A stretch of DNA of 16,222 nt from a bacterium. GTDB lineage: Bacteria > CALINM01. The stretch is from the NCBI GenBank assembly GCA_041640455.1, contig JBEQAF010000045.1, positions 1 to 16,222 on the forward strand, in the 5' to 3' direction. Position 1 is the stretch's first letter. Each line of letters opens with the position of its first letter. The translations under genes were made by a program, and so were the position numbers. Below the pieces are notes generated by a model, which saw only the letters and a list, made by a program, of their open reading frames with translations, made no database searches and was not told where the DNA came from. Positions 7,166 to 14,929 of the stretch are shown one piece after another.

Positions 7166-7740
7166 GTCTTTTTCCTTATAATCAGTCTGCTTGTTGAGTT
7201 ATCAGGTCTTTTATAGCAGATAACTCCTTTTAATGCCATCTCCTTATCTTCCATCAGATCAGATTCTCCTGCAAAATATATGAGCCAACCTTTCGGGATT
7301 AGTATCTCTTTTGATATTTTCAATAGTTTGTTCTCCTGCATGGATGCCTTGCTTATCACACAGCCGAATCTGTGATTAAATTTTTTATCCGGCAATCTTG
7401 TATGGTAAACCGAAACATTTATATCTAAAATTCTACTTACATATTCCAAAAAAGCAACTTTTTTTTGAGAAGAGTCTATAAGATGGGCATCCATCTGGTT
7501 GTTTATCATTTTAACAATAAGCCCCGGAATCCCGTTTCCGCTTCCCATATCAGCAAAACTATTTATTTTCAGATGATTTAAAAGAACCGATATGGCAATA
7601 CAGTCAAAAAGTGCTTCCTGAAAAAGCTCCTCTTTCTCATAGGAGGTTAGATTGATTTTTTCATTCCATTTAAGAAGAATTTCAGTGTATTTTTCAAATA
7701 TTTTCAATATTCTTTGGTCTAATTGTTTCATGTGAAACAT
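7156..7740 (-). CDS. rsmG: 16S rRNA (guanine(527)-N7)-methyltransferase RsmG/GidB (alternative start 7731)
   Basis: LLKWNEKINLT, SAM-binding DMGSGNGIPG, IDSSQKKVAFL; canonical position before parA. Confidence 0.9.
   Translation of the reverse strand: MFHMKQLDQRILKIFEKYTEILLKWNEKINLTSYEKEELFQEALFDCIAISVLLNHLKINSFADMGSGNGIPGLIVKMINNQMDAHLIDSSQKKVAFLEYVSRILDINVSVYHTRLPDKKFNHRFGCVISKASMQENKLLKISKEILIPKGWLIYFAGESDLMEDKEMALKGVICYKRPDNSTSRLIIRKKTCW
7724..7739. promoter_or_regulatory. parS: parS centromere site (ParB loading site)
   Basis: TGTTTCATGTGAAACA, 15/16 match to the consensus TGTTTCACGTGAAACA, about 0.6 kb upstream of parA. Confidence 0.92.
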
Positions 7741-9110
7741 TACTTACCGATGCAAAATTTTTTGAATATATCCTCTATGTTCCTCGGGTCAAACTCTCTT
7801 CCAATAAGATTATTATAAAGAGATAGAAGCGATGAAAGGGAAAGTAAAAGTTTAAAGCTGTCTTCATACTCCATTTTTATATGTTCTGTGATTTTTATCA
7901 TCTCTTTAATTATGTTATAATGTCTTTCGCTTGCTACAAAAAAGCTATCTTCTGATTCAATTTTATATATGTCAAGAATCTTCTGCCTGAATATTTTTCT
8001 TAAGTCATTAACACCCTGCCCTTGTTTGAGGGATATGGTCAAGCGGTTTTCAAAGGGTAGCTCTTTTAGATCCCAGCTTATATTTTTATCTGCTTTGTTT
8101 GCCAGTGCAAATATTACCGCATCTTTTTTATTTTTTAAAATCTCTATTATCTTACTATCGTTTTCGTTTAATGGCTCTGAGATATCAAAGATGGCGAAAA
8201 TTATTTTAGCATCTTTCACAAAAGAGAGCGCCCTTTCTATTCCTATCTTTTCTATCTCATCTTCCGAGCTTCTTATCCCTGCTGTATCAATTATCTTTAG
8301 CGGAATCCCCTCAAACAGTATGGTCTCCTCTATAAAATCTCTTGTGGTGCCTGGAATCTCGCTCACTATGGCTCTTTCATAGCTTAATATCTCATTTAAA
8401 AAGCTTGACTTTCCAACATTAGGCTTACCTAAAATAAGACTTAATATGCCCTTTGAAAGATATCTCTTTTCATTATAACTTTCTGCGAGTTCAACAAGCT
8501 TATGGTGCAGTTTATTAATAATGTTTTCATTATAAGAAAACATCTCTTCCATATCTTCAGGAAAGTTAATCTCCGCCTCAAGTCTATTTCTTGTATGTTC
8601 AATATATTCAAAAAACTGATGAAGCTCCTTTTTATAATATCCTGAAAGCTGTTTAAGGGCATTCTGATGCTGAAGCTTTGTTTTTGAATGTATAAGTGTT
8701 TCTATTGCTTCTGCCTGTGTTAGGTCTTTTTTTCCGTTTAAAAAAGCCCTATAAGTAAACTCGCCTTCCTTTGCAAGACGAGCTCCTGCTTTAATGAGGC
8801 TCTCTAAAATTGATGTGGTTGAGATTATGCCGCCGTGACACTGAATCTCTATCACATCTTCACCAGTATAACTTTTTGGAGCCTTCATATATAAAAGAAG
8901 CGCCTCATCAATAATATTACCAGTTGATAGATCTTTTACAAAACCGTAATAAAAATGATAGGGTTCAAAAAGAAGCGGCTGATTGTTTGCCCTAAAAAAA
9001 ACCTTGCTTGCAATAGCTGTGGCATCTTTTCCTGATATTCTGATAACAGAGATGCCCGCATTGCCTATGGCTGTTGAGATAGCTGTAATAGTATCATATA
9101 TATCATACAT
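7740..9110 (-). CDS. mnmE: tRNA modification GTPase MnmE/TrmE
   Basis: DTITAIST, SYTGEDVIEIQCHGG, GEFTYRAFLNGKKDL, GKPNVGKSS, GTTRD, DTAGIR, NKAD, C-terminal FCIGK. Confidence 0.97.
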   Translation of the reverse strand: MYDIYDTITAISTAIGNAGISVIRISGKDATAIASKVFFRANNQPLLFEPYHFYYGFVKDLSTGNIIDEALLLYMKAPKSYTGEDVIEIQCHGGIISTTSILESLIKAGARLAKEGEFTYRAFLNGKKDLTQAEAIETLIHSKTKLQHQNALKQLSGYYKKELHQFFEYIEHTRNRLEAEINFPEDMEEMFSYNENIINKLHHKLVELAESYNEKRYLSKGILSLILGKPNVGKSSFLNEILSYERAIVSEIPGTTRDFIEETILFEGIPLKIIDTAGIRSSEDEIEKIGIERALSFVKDAKIIFAIFDISEPLNENDSKIIEILKNKKDAVIFALANKADKNISWDLKELPFENRLTISLKQGQGVNDLRKIFRQKILDIYKIESEDSFFVASERHYNIIKEMIKITEHIKMEYEDSFKLLLSLSSLLSLYNNLIGREFDPRNIEDIFKKFCIGK

Positions 9111-10650
9111 CTTTCTTTTTCATTGTTACAAGCTGTTGGACAATGGAAAACACATTATTCACCAGCCAGTATACCACCAGTCCTGATGGGAAGTTAATAA
9201 ACATAAAGGTAAATACCACTGGAAGTATATACATCATCCGCTTCTGCATAGGGTCTCCAGAAGAGGGGGTAAGCATCTGCTGAAGCAACATGGTTGCGCC
9301 CATAAGGATGGGGGTTACATAATAGGGATCTTTAGCTGAAAGATCCTGTATCCAGAGCATGAAAGGTGCCTGCCTGAGCTCGATAGAATTCATTAAAGCC
9401 TGATATAGAGCAATGAAAAAGGGTATCTGAACAAGCATGGGTAGACAGCCGCTCATGGGATTTACTCCATGCCTTTTATAGAGCAACATCATCTCTCTGT
9501 TAAGCGCCTCTTTGTTGTCAGCATATTTTTTTCTAATCTCTTCCAGTTTGGGCTGGAGCTTCTGTAATTCTTTCATAGATCTATAGCTTTTCTGGCTCAG
9601 CGGATAAAAAACCAGCTTTATCAATATGGTTAGCAGAATGATGCTAACTCCATAATTTTTTGTAAAACTGTAAAAGAAGTTAAGAATCATAAGAAGAGGC
9701 TTGGATATAAAATGAAAGAATCCATAATCCACAATCTTTTCCAGATCATTATTAAGTCCTTTAAGTATTTTTGGATCTTTGGGTCCAAAAAAGAGATCGG
9801 ATTCGATATTTACAGGACTTGCTATGGATGGGGATTCAAAAAAGGTTAAAATTGTTTCTATTCTGCCATTAAGATATGTTGCATCAGCATACATCTGCTC
9901 TTTCGGATCAATAAAAAGCAGGGCAAAATATTTTTCAGACAGACCTCCCAGTTTAACATTTTGAACTCTATAACCTTTTTTTAACTGTTTTTCTGAAGGG
10001 TGTTCCAGATTCTTTTTTTCATGTAAAAAAAGCGGAAGCGGATGCCCCTCTTCGTAAGAATCAAAGGTGCTGGAGCTTTGAACAACCGCTGTGGCAATGG
10101 ATATTTTCTGGCTTATTATCTCCTTTGGAACTATGTTAAAAGAAACCTTCCCCTTAAAATTATCCTTTTCAATAATTAGTCTTTTATTAATATCAAGAAA
10201 ATCCATGTTTGCTACAAAATCAAAAACATACTCCCTGTCATTTTCCGTCACATTCATTTTGTTATAAACAATACGGGATCCTTTATCATTCAAATATATG
10301 GAATCATAAACATCATAAAGTCCATTGTAAAATAGATCCACATACTCCTTCTTCAGGTTATTTTTATAGTAGTTTTTAAGCAGAAGCTTTTTGAGAAAGC
10401 CGTTCTCCTGAGAAATAACAAACTGAAATTTTTTTGAATCAAAGGACTTTAATGTCTGCTGGATAGGCAGATGTTGAACGGATAGAGTTTGCTGGGGCTG
10501 ATGAGTAGTTTCTTTTTTAACAGCCTGTGCAGATATGCCTGTTGCATTTTTAAAAGCTGCCTGCTCGGTATGTTTTCTGATTACAAAATAATCCCAGAAA
10601 AAAATAAAGCCAACACTAATAATTATGAATAATATTGTTCTTTTTTCCAT
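9103..10650 (-). CDS. yidC: Membrane protein insertase YidC
   Basis: N-terminal TM, periplasmic domain, FFGPK, NYGVSIILLTILIK, GVNPMSGCLPMLVQIPFF, WIQDLSAKDPYY, FPSGLVVYW. Confidence 0.97.
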   Translation of the reverse strand: MEKRTILFIIISVGFIFFWDYFVIRKHTEQAAFKNATGISAQAVKKETTHQPQQTLSVQHLPIQQTLKSFDSKKFQFVISQENGFLKKLLLKNYYKNNLKKEYVDLFYNGLYDVYDSIYLNDKGSRIVYNKMNVTENDREYVFDFVANMDFLDINKRLIIEKDNFKGKVSFNIVPKEIISQKISIATAVVQSSSTFDSYEEGHPLPLFLHEKKNLEHPSEKQLKKGYRVQNVKLGGLSEKYFALLFIDPKEQMYADATYLNGRIETILTFFESPSIASPVNIESDLFFGPKDPKILKGLNNDLEKIVDYGFFHFISKPLLMILNFFYSFTKNYGVSIILLTILIKLVFYPLSQKSYRSMKELQKLQPKLEEIRKKYADNKEALNREMMLLYKRHGVNPMSGCLPMLVQIPFFIALYQALMNSIELRQAPFMLWIQDLSAKDPYYVTPILMGATMLLQQMLTPSSGDPMQKRMMYILPVVFTFMFINFPSGLVVYWLVNNVFSIVQQLVTMKKKDV

Positions 10651-10662
10651 AACAACTCCCTA

Positions 10663-10872
10663 CTATTTTAAGGGGTCATATCCCCCTTCAAAAAACGGAT
10701 TACATTTTAATATCCTCATAATAATCAGACAAAATGCCTTGATAAAACCCTTTCTCTCCAGCGCCTGAACGGCATAATCTGAGCAGGAAGGATAGAACCT
10801 GCAATTATTTCCAAGAAAGGGGCTTATAAATAGTTTATAGAATCTAATTAGAGTTATTAATATTCTCTTCAT
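10663..10872 (-). CDS. yidD: Membrane protein insertion efficiency factor YidD
   Basis: ISP...CRFYPSCSDY...RILKCNPF..GGYDP; lies between rnpA and yidC. Confidence 0.95.
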   Translation of the reverse strand: MKRILITLIRFYKLFISPFLGNNCRFYPSCSDYAVQALERKGFIKAFCLIIMRILKCNPFFEGGYDPLK

Positions 10873-11158
10873 TTAACCGATCTCTAAGATCTTTAAAAAA
10901 ACTTTCCAGCCTTTTAAAATCCATTTGCCTGTTATTTACCTGTATAAACAGATCAGACTTCAGATCATACTTTCTGACAAGCTCTCTTACCACTCTTTTT
11001 ATATAATTTCTCCTCACTGCTGTAAATAACTTCTTTGACAGAGAAAAAAAAATCTGCCCATCGGATCTATCAGAAGGCTTGCAGAATATTTTAATATTAT
11101 CTGCTGTGAAAGAGCTACCTTCCCTGATCAGTTTCTGAATTGTCTCTTTTTTTTTCAC
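10844..11158 (-). CDS. rnpA: Ribonuclease P protein component (likely GTG start at 11158, 104 aa)
   Basis: SKK...AVRRNYIKRVVRE resembles the RNR motif; sits between rpmH and yidD; GTG overlaps the rpmH stop (TAGTG). Confidence 0.82.
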   Translation of the reverse strand: MKKKETIQKLIREGSSFTADNIKIFCKPSDRSDGQIFFSLSKKLFTAVRRNYIKRVVRELVRKYDLKSDLFIQVNNRQMDFKRLESFFKDLRDRLNEENINNSN

Positions 11159-11307
11159 TATTTGCCCGATACCTGTGGTACCAGATTCCATCTTCCTTTC
11201 TTTCTTCTACTTTTAAGCACCTCAAGACCACCTTTGGTGCTTGATCTCTTCAAATAGCCATGAGTTCTCTTTCTTTTTGTATTTGATGGCTGATATGTTC
11301 TTTTCAT
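11158..11307 (-). CDS. rpmH: 50S ribosomal protein L34, 49 aa (not in ORF track)
   Basis: Hand translation [59 protein letters not shown] upstream. Confidence 0.97.
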   Translation of the reverse strand: MKRTYQPSNTKRKRTHGYLKRSSTKGGLEVLKSRRKKGRWNLVPQVSGK

Positions 11308-11345
11308 TTTAGACCTCCTTTTAAATATAAAAAGATAAGCATATT

Positions 11346-11374
11346 ATTATTTTCTATTTTTTAATAGAGGTCAA
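11346..11374 (-). promoter_or_regulatory. Putative rpmH promoter
   Basis: Minus strand TTGACC (11374-11369), 17 nt, AATAAT (11351-11346). The AT-rich context lowers specificity. Confidence 0.5.
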
Positions 11375-11438
11375 GCAGTAAAAGTATTTTTATTTAAAAT
11401 CAAGTAGTTAATCAATTATAAAATATAAATTAGATTTC

Positions 11439-11467
11439 TTGAAATCTTAAAATTATTCTGTTAAATT
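11439..11467 (+). promoter_or_regulatory. Putative dnaA promoter
   Basis: TTGAAA (11439-11444), 17 nt, extended -10 TGtTAAATT (11459-11467), ending 9 nt before the dnaA ATG. Confidence 0.55.
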
Positions 11468-11476
11468 ATCATATCT

Positions 11477-12766
11477 ATGAAAAAACTCTGGGCAGATTTT
11501 TTAACCCATTCCAAACCTTTTTTTGATCCTTCAACCTCAGAGATATGGATTGAACCACTAAAACTAATATACTTAAAAGACAGCATTATAACTCTGTCCG
11601 CACCTAACGACTTTTTTAAAGACTGGGTGGTGGAAAATTACCTATCTACCATTGAAAATATTTTCTCCAGCATACTTGAACGACCTGTAAAGGTTACACT
11701 CTGTGTAGGAAAAGAGCCAGAAGAAAAATCACCGCAGCTTCTTCATAGCGCTCTTATTCCAAAATATACCTTTGAAACCTTTATCACAGGACCATCCAAC
11801 GAGTTTGCCTATATGGCATCAAGAGCAGCTGCTAACAATCTTGGAAATCAGTACAATCCTCTACTTATATATAGTAATGTTGGTTTAGGTAAGACCCATC
11901 TTACTATGGCTATCGGTCATGCCGTATATCAGAGATCTCAGGATAAAAATATCCTTTACTATCCCTCTCAGATGTTTATTAATGATCTCATATCGTCTAT
12001 AAGATTTCAAAGGATGCATGAGTTTAGAGAAAGATTTAGAACTGTAGATCTACTTTTAATAGATGATATACAGTTTATTGCAGGTAAAGAAACCACACAG
12101 GAAGAGTTTTTTTCTATCTTTAATAGCCTCTACGAACAGAAAAAGCAGATAGTAATAACCAGCGATAAATATCCGAAGCTTATTCAGAATATTGACGATC
12201 GCCTAAAAAATCGTTTTGAGTGGGGGCTGGCTGTTGACATACAACCTCCAGAATATGAGACACGGGTAGCAATTCTTAAAAGTAAACTCAACTATCATAA
12301 TGAACATCTTCCTGATGATATTATAAATTTCATTGCTTCTAATATCTGTTCAAACATAAGAGAGATGGAAGGAGCTCTCACAAAGCTACTTGCCTACTCA
12401 TCTCTTACTAAAAATAATATATCTCTTGCAAAGGCAAAGGAGATTCTGGCAGATCATTTACCGCAGGAAAAATCTCTCATCACAGTTGAAAGCATTCAAA
12501 AGGCAACCTGTGATTGTTTTCAGATAAAAATAAGCGAGCTTAAATCTCAAAAAAAGTTAAAAAAAATATCCACTGCCAGACATATCGCCATCTATCTGTC
12601 CAGAAAATATACCGATCTCTCACTCAGTGAGATAGGAAACAAGTTTGGCGGAAAGGATCATTCAACAGTTATCCACTCTATAAATAAAATAGAAAAATGC
12701 ATAAAGGAGGATGAAGGTTTTAGAAAACAGGTAGAACATATTGAAAACCTGTTGAAAAAGTATTAA
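11477..12766 (+). CDS. dnaA: Chromosomal replication initiator DnaA
   Basis: YTFETF, YNPLLIY..VGLGKTHL, LLIDDIQF, TQEEFF, RFEWGL, NIREMEGAL, domain IV FGGKDHSTVIHS. Confidence 0.98.
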   Translation: MKKLWADFLTHSKPFFDPSTSEIWIEPLKLIYLKDSIITLSAPNDFFKDWVVENYLSTIENIFSSILERPVKVTLCVGKEPEEKSPQLLHSALIPKYTFETFITGPSNEFAYMASRAAANNLGNQYNPLLIYSNVGLGKTHLTMAIGHAVYQRSQDKNILYYPSQMFINDLISSIRFQRMHEFRERFRTVDLLLIDDIQFIAGKETTQEEFFSIFNSLYEQKKQIVITSDKYPKLIQNIDDRLKNRFEWGLAVDIQPPEYETRVAILKSKLNYHNEHLPDDIINFIASNICSNIREMEGALTKLLAYSSLTKNNISLAKAKEILADHLPQEKSLITVESIQKATCDCFQIKISELKSQKKLKKISTARHIAIYLSRKYTDLSLSEIGNKFGGKDHSTVIHSINKIEKCIKEDEGFRKQVEHIENLLKKY

Positions 12767-12902
12767 CCTATATTTTCATAAAAAAACTAATGTGGGTAAC
12801 TTTAAAAAATTAAACAATTTATAAACACCAGATTTTATAAAGATAACAGTAAGTTAAATTAATTTATCAACATATTAACATACACTACTAATTACTACTA
12901 TA
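12750..12902 (+). other. oriC: Putative oriC: DnaA boxes plus basal unwinding system (tandem boxes and DnaA-trios)
   Basis: Box-like 9-mers TGTTGAAAA (12750-12758), TGTGGGTAA (12791-12799), TTATAAACA (12819-12827), TTATCAACA (12864-12872). The last is followed by TATTAACA, TACA and CTACTAATTACTACTA (12885-12900), in the AT-rich dnaA-dnaN spacer. Confidence 0.85.
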
Positions 12903-12919
12903 TAAGGAGTAAATAATTT

Positions 12920-14002
12920 ATGAAAGTATCAGTTAAAAAAGAAGACCTGTTGAAATCTTTAAAAAAAGTTCAGGGTATATCGGAAAAAAGAACAACCATG
13001 CCTATTCTCAATAATATACTTTTTGAGGCAAAAGAAAAGATTACAATAAAAGCAACCAATCTTGACAACTCAATAATATCAAAATGTGAAGGAGTTATAG
13101 ATGAACAGGGTTCTATCTGTATTCCTTCTAAAAAATTCTTTGAAATAGTAAAAAATCTGCCAGAAGATAATATAAACATTTCAAAGGATGAAAAAAACAT
13201 TATAATAAAGTCTGGTAAATCATCTTTCAAACTGTTCTCACAGCCAGTTGAAGACTTTCCTGCCATTAAAGTTCCCTCAAGTAATAAAAAAACTATCCTC
13301 GATAGAAACGAGTTTCTGAAGGCACTAAATAAAGTTGAATATGCCATTTATCCAGATGAATCAAGACTTAGCCTTAACGGTATCTATATACATAAGGTGG
13401 ATAATAAAGTAAGATTTGTATCATCAGACTCCTACAGATTATGCTACTACGAATTTCATTTCCCTGAAGAAATGGAAAATATTCTTATTTCAAAAAAGGC
13501 AGTGGGAGAATTAATAAAGATTTTTCCATCTGAAAAGAGCGAAAATATAACCATATCCATAGAAGATAGCTTTGCAAGTTTTGAAACAGAGGATACCATA
13601 TTTGTTACAAGATTAAGGGAAGTAAAATTTCCTAATTATGTTGAGGTAGTTCCCTATAATAACCCCTACAAATCCTATGTGGATAAAAATAAGATAATAG
13701 AAAGTCTTCATAGACTTCTGGTTATTGCTGAGGAGTCAACGAAGGGTGTATTATTCTCCTTCAAACAGGAACAGATTACTATAAAAGGAGTAAATATAGA
13801 ACTCGGAGAGGGAGAGGACGAGATTGAACATATCTATGATGGCGAAAGTATGGATATTGGATTTAATGCTCAGTATTTAATAGAAGCCATATCAAACATA
13901 GAGGCCGAAAAGATTGAAATAGCTCTTAAGGATTCTTCAAAGGCAGTTCTAATATCAGGAGACGAAAACTATAAAGCTGTTGTTATGCCTGTAAAGATTT
14001 AA
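12920..14002 (+). CDS. dnaN: DNA polymerase III beta sliding clamp
   Basis: TTMPILNNIL, ATNLD, DFP, SRLSLNGI, SSDSYRL, FPNY, IGFNAQYL, C-terminal VVMPVKI; SD AAGGAG. Confidence 0.97.
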   Translation: MKVSVKKEDLLKSLKKVQGISEKRTTMPILNNILFEAKEKITIKATNLDNSIISKCEGVIDEQGSICIPSKKFFEIVKNLPEDNINISKDEKNIIIKSGKSSFKLFSQPVEDFPAIKVPSSNKKTILDRNEFLKALNKVEYAIYPDESRLSLNGIYIHKVDNKVRFVSSDSYRLCYYEFHFPEEMENILISKKAVGELIKIFPSEKSENITISIEDSFASFETEDTIFVTRLREVKFPNYVEVVPYNNPYKSYVDKNKIIESLHRLLVIAEESTKGVLFSFKQEQITIKGVNIELGEGEDEIEHIYDGESMDIGFNAQYLIEAISNIEAEKIEIALKDSSKAVLISGDENYKAVVMPVKI

Positions 14003-14929
14003 ATGTTTCTTAAAGAGATAGATTTAAAAAACTTTAGAAACTTTGAAGATGTAAAAGTAAGATTTAACAGAAATTTCAATATATTTTACGGCAACAACGG
14101 TCAGGGAAAAACCAACTTTCTTGAAGCAGTTTATCTTATAGCTGGTAGAAAAAGCTTTAGAAAAACAGAAAACTTAATAAATTATAACAAAGACAGGGCT
14201 GATGTAGCGGCGGAGATTGAGTTAAATGGTATAGACTACAGTCTCTCCCTGAGGATTGAAAAAGATAAAAGGATATATACCATAAATGGTAAGAAAGAAA
14301 AAAAGAAGCTACCGCTAAACATTTATCTAATCAACAGCGACGTGCTGTTCTACTTCAAAAATTTTTCCTTTTATAGAAGAAGGTTTATTGACAGACTGTG
14401 TTATAATGTTTATGGCAAAAACTTTTTACATGTTTATAACATGTGGATAAAAGGAAAAGCAAATTTTAGAAAGGCTGTAGAAAATAACCAGTTAAAAGAG
14501 AAAGCCATACTCTTTGAGATGGTGCAGAGATATAAAAGGGAGGTTGATATATTCAGACGGAGACTTATAGATGATCTAAAAAAAGAGTATGAAGAGTTAA
14601 GGAAGTTTGTCGGATTAGAAGATATATGGATTAGAATAATAAGAGATAGGAGAGATGACATAAACTTTTATAGAAGGGATAAAAGAGATCTTTCTCTCGG
14701 AGAGCTTAAGAGCATGCTCTTTGTCATCTTTATAGCCACTGTTAAAATGTTGAAAGATAGGAACAACATAATGCTTATTGACGATTTTTACTCTGAATGG
14801 GATAATAAAAAGGCAGATAATATTGTTCAAACTCTAAAAAAGACAGACATTCAAAGCTTCATAATGACAAACCAGAATGAGCATCTGGCAGATTTTAGAA
14901 TAGAGAAAGGAGCTGTATATAATATATGA
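14003..14929 (+). CDS. recF: DNA replication/repair protein RecF (shortened)
   Basis: LKNFRNF, Walker A GNNGQGKTNFLEAVY, KSFR, RRRFID, Walker B/D-loop LIDDFYSEWD; position between dnaN and gyrB. Confidence 0.85.
   Translation: MFLKEIDLKNFRNFEDVKVRFNRNFNIFYGNNGQGKTNFLEAVYLIAGRKSFRKTENLINYNKDRADVAAEIELNGIDYSLSLRIEKDKRIYTINGKKEKKKLPLNIYLINSDVLFYFKNFSFYRRRFIDRLCYNVYGKNFLHVYNMWIKGKANFRKAVENNQLKEKAILFEMVQRYKREVDIFRRRLIDDLKKEYEELRKFVGLEDIWIRIIRDRRDDINFYRRDKRDLSLGELKSMLFVIFIATVKMLKDRNNIMLIDDFYSEWDNKKADNIVQTLKKTDIQSFIMTNQNEHLADFRIEKGAVYNI

Noticed and set aside
11159..11191. Longer rnpA start (ATG 11191) from the ORF track
   Set aside because: It lies inside rpmH; the GTG at 11158, coupled to the rpmH stop, is more plausible.
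12669..12677. TTATCCACT DnaA-box-like 9-mer within dnaA
   Set aside because: Explained by the conserved TVIHS codons; it may still bind DnaA but is not independent evidence.
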